From an uncultured Rhizobiaceae bacterium (GTDB lineage Bacteria; Pseudomonadota; Alphaproteobacteria; Rhizobiales; Aestuariivirgaceae), in the NCBI GenBank assembly GCA_964461545.1, contig CAYWVA010000001.1, positions 1 to 43,207 of the forward strand: a stretch of 43,207 bases of DNA. Direction: 5' to 3'. Every line of letters starts with the position of its first letter. Position 1 is the stretch's first letter. The notes under the pieces are model-generated. The model was not told where the DNA came from. It saw only the letters and a list, made by a program, of their open reading frames with translations, and ran no database searches. Below, piece by piece: positions 41,619 to 43,207 of the stretch. A program made the translations under genes and the position numbers.

Positions 41619-42266
41619 ATGGACCTGGTGCCGGATCTGACCGGCGCCCTCTACATGCCGGACGACCGGACCTTGATCGCCGCCGACCTGCACTTCGAGA
41701 AGGGCTCGAGTCGCCGGGCAAACGGCGTCCATCTGCCGCCCTATGATACCCGTTCGACACTCACACTGCTCGCTGATGCAGTGGCGCGTTGGCGGCCCCA
41801 ACGGCTGGTTCTGCTCGGCGACAGTTTCCATGACGAGCGGGGACCGCAGCGCCTCGATGCTGCTGACGCGGCGGGCATCGACGCTCTCGGCCAAGCTACG
41901 GAGATCATCTGGATCGCTGGCAATCACGATCCGGTGCTCGACGCTGATCTCCCCGGCACGGTCGCGCACGAGATGTGGCTCGGGCCACTGGTGTTGCGAC
42001 ACGAGCCGTGCCCCGGAGCCGTCAACGAAATCGCCGGCCATCTGCATCCCGTGGCGGCAGTGCAGCGGCGCGGGCGCAAATTGCGCCGCCGGTGCTATGC
42101 CGGCGATGACGAGCGCCTGATCCTGCCGGCCTTCGGCGCCTATGCCGGAGGCCTGAGCGTGCTAGCCCAGCCGTTTGCGCCGCTGTTCTACGGGCGCAGC
42201 TTTACTGCCTGGCTCATCGGTCGCAATGCCATCCATCGCGTCCCGGCAACCGCCCTGCTGGCGTGA
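41619..42266 (+). CDS. pdeM: Ligase-associated DNA-damage-response metallophosphoesterase PdeM
   Basis: LIAADLHFEKGSS, VLLGDSFHD, IAGNHD and GHLHP are metallophosphoesterase motifs. It lies directly downstream of lhr. The start is the ATG at 41619, with an in-frame GTG at 41541 inside the repeat as the only upstream alternative after the lhr stop. Confidence 0.85.
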   Translation: MDLVPDLTGALYMPDDRTLIAADLHFEKGSSRRANGVHLPPYDTRSTLTLLADAVARWRPQRLVLLGDSFHDERGPQRLDAADAAGIDALGQATEIIWIAGNHDPVLDADLPGTVAHEMWLGPLVLRHEPCPGAVNEIAGHLHPVAAVQRRGRKLRRRCYAGDDERLILPAFGAYAGGLSVLAQPFAPLFYGRSFTAWLIGRNAIHRVPATALLA

Positions 42267-42269
42267 TCC

Positions 42270-42743
42270 TCAGGCGCTCGACAGGACGATCCGCGCCAGG
42301 ACGGCAAGCAGCGGCACCACCGCAAGGCTTGTCAGGATCATGCGAAGCCGGGCGAACCAGGCCGGCAGCCGGCCTGAATCGGCGCAGATCTGATCCCACA
42401 AGGCCTGGGTGAGCAGCCCGGCGATGAGAACGGATACCCCGACTACCGGCGGGGCCATGAGTGCGGCGAACCCTGCCAGTGGCGCTCCGATGCTCAAGGC
42501 GAGCTCCCACGCCTGCCGCCGTGTCCCCTGTGGGCGCAGGGCTAGGCCCCACCGGATGCCGCCGAGAAAGGCCAGCCCGACTGCGCCATAGGCAGTCATG
42601 GCCAAGATCACCCCGGAGGCTGCGACTGGTCCGATGTCAGTGAGCAAGATCAATGCGGCCACCCAGTAGGGCACGATGCCGGCAAGCCCGAGCACCAGCG
42701 CCGCTGGTCGGACGCGATCGCCATCGGTCACATCGAGCAGCAT
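42270..42743 (-). CDS. Small integral membrane protein (DUF3429-like)
   Basis: Start at ATG 42743. There are four or five hydrophobic segments, and AYGAVGLAFLGGIRWGLAL resembles DUF3429 proteins as I recall them. Confidence 0.6.
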   Translation of the reverse strand: MLLDVTDGDRVRPAALVLGLAGIVPYWVAALILLTDIGPVAASGVILAMTAYGAVGLAFLGGIRWGLALRPQGTRRQAWELALSIGAPLAGFAALMAPPVVGVSVLIAGLLTQALWDQICADSGRLPAWFARLRMILTSLAVVPLLAVLARIVLSSA

Positions 42744-42832
42744 AGTCGCCCCCTTTGAGCGTGCGCCTATGCCGCCAAACGCGTCAGGCATCGTGCGGGT
42801 TGCTGCAATCGCAAGACCGCTTGGTATGATCG

Positions 42833-43207
42833 TCACGATCTGAGTTCGGCCAGGTCCCGGAACAGCGCCAGCGCCTCGGGGTTGGCAAGCGCCTCCTGGT
42901 TCTTGACCTCGCGGCCGTGCACCACGTCGCGCACCGCAAGCTCGGTGATTTTGCCCGACTTGGTGCGCGGAATATCGGCGACTGCCACGATCCTGGCCGG
43001 CACGTGTCGCGGCGAGGCCCCCTCTTTGACCTTGGCCCGGATCCGCTGGCGCAAGTCATCATCGAGCACCATCCCGTCTTTCAGGCGCACGAACAGCACG
43101 ATACGCTCGTCGTTGTCCCAGTCCTGGCCGATCGCCAGGGCCTCGGCAATGGCGGGGATCTGTTCGACCTGGGCATAGATCTCGGCGGTGCCGATGCGCA
43201 CCCCGCC
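42833..43207 (-). CDS. Acetoacetyl-CoA synthetase / AMP-forming acyl-CoA ligase, C-terminal part (5' end beyond the window)
   Basis: ...[15 protein letters not shown]...FVRLKDG...[35 protein letters not shown] matches the C-terminal domain of acetoacetate-CoA ligases. The frame is open to the window edge. Confidence 0.85.
   Translation of the reverse strand, partial: GGVRIGTAEIYAQVEQIPAIAEALAIGQDWDNDERIVLFVRLKDGMVLDDDLRQRIRAKVKEGASPRHVPARIVAVADIPRTKSGKITELAVRDVVHGREVKNQEALANPEALALFRDLAELRS

Overview
High-GC chromosomal segment. Gene content and GTTC-N7-GTTC LexA-type boxes suggest an alphaproteobacterium, probably Rhizobiales-like. I support about 37 protein genes and found no rRNA, tRNA, CRISPR array or intact mobile element. 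Left to right: a Suv3-like helicase (partial), a ThDP enzyme and HAD phosphatase, a usp-hypothetical-mttB-family operon, an EEP/YbhN-like/phospholipase-D lipid trio, a DMT transporter, glycerate kinase and a short MTHFR. Next comes a small decayed, lower-GC islet with an arsC stub and a frameshifted LRR gene. After it lie a PotABCD-type ABC operon, an enolase-superfamily enzyme, a divergent MocR regulator and a GMC oxidoreductase. Then come the SOS mutagenesis cassette imuA-imuB-dnaE2 with an exact LexA box, a secreted Cys-repeat protein, a lytic transglycosylase, TPR-ispE, an S24 LexA-like repressor, pyrD, a MATE/DinF-like pump, lhr-pdeM, a small membrane protein and an acetoacetyl-CoA synthetase tail. 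The most unusual signal is a family of G/C-homopolymer nested-palindromic repeats, about 35-100 bp long with G-quadruplex-type arms. I found them only in DNA-damage genes: three in dnaE2, three in imuB, one in lhr and one at the lhr/pdeM junction. All seven intragenic copies are read through in frame. Other observations: a conserved ~35-bp operator-like box shared by two promoters next to the MocR gene, with a related GGTCAGACCA palindrome in front of the mttB-family gene; a cluster of LexA-type boxes in a 636-bp gene-less gap; a group II intron reverse-transcriptase remnant; and a 146-nt out-of-frame imuA/imuB overlap. All functional calls rest on motif recognition by eye, and no database search was run.
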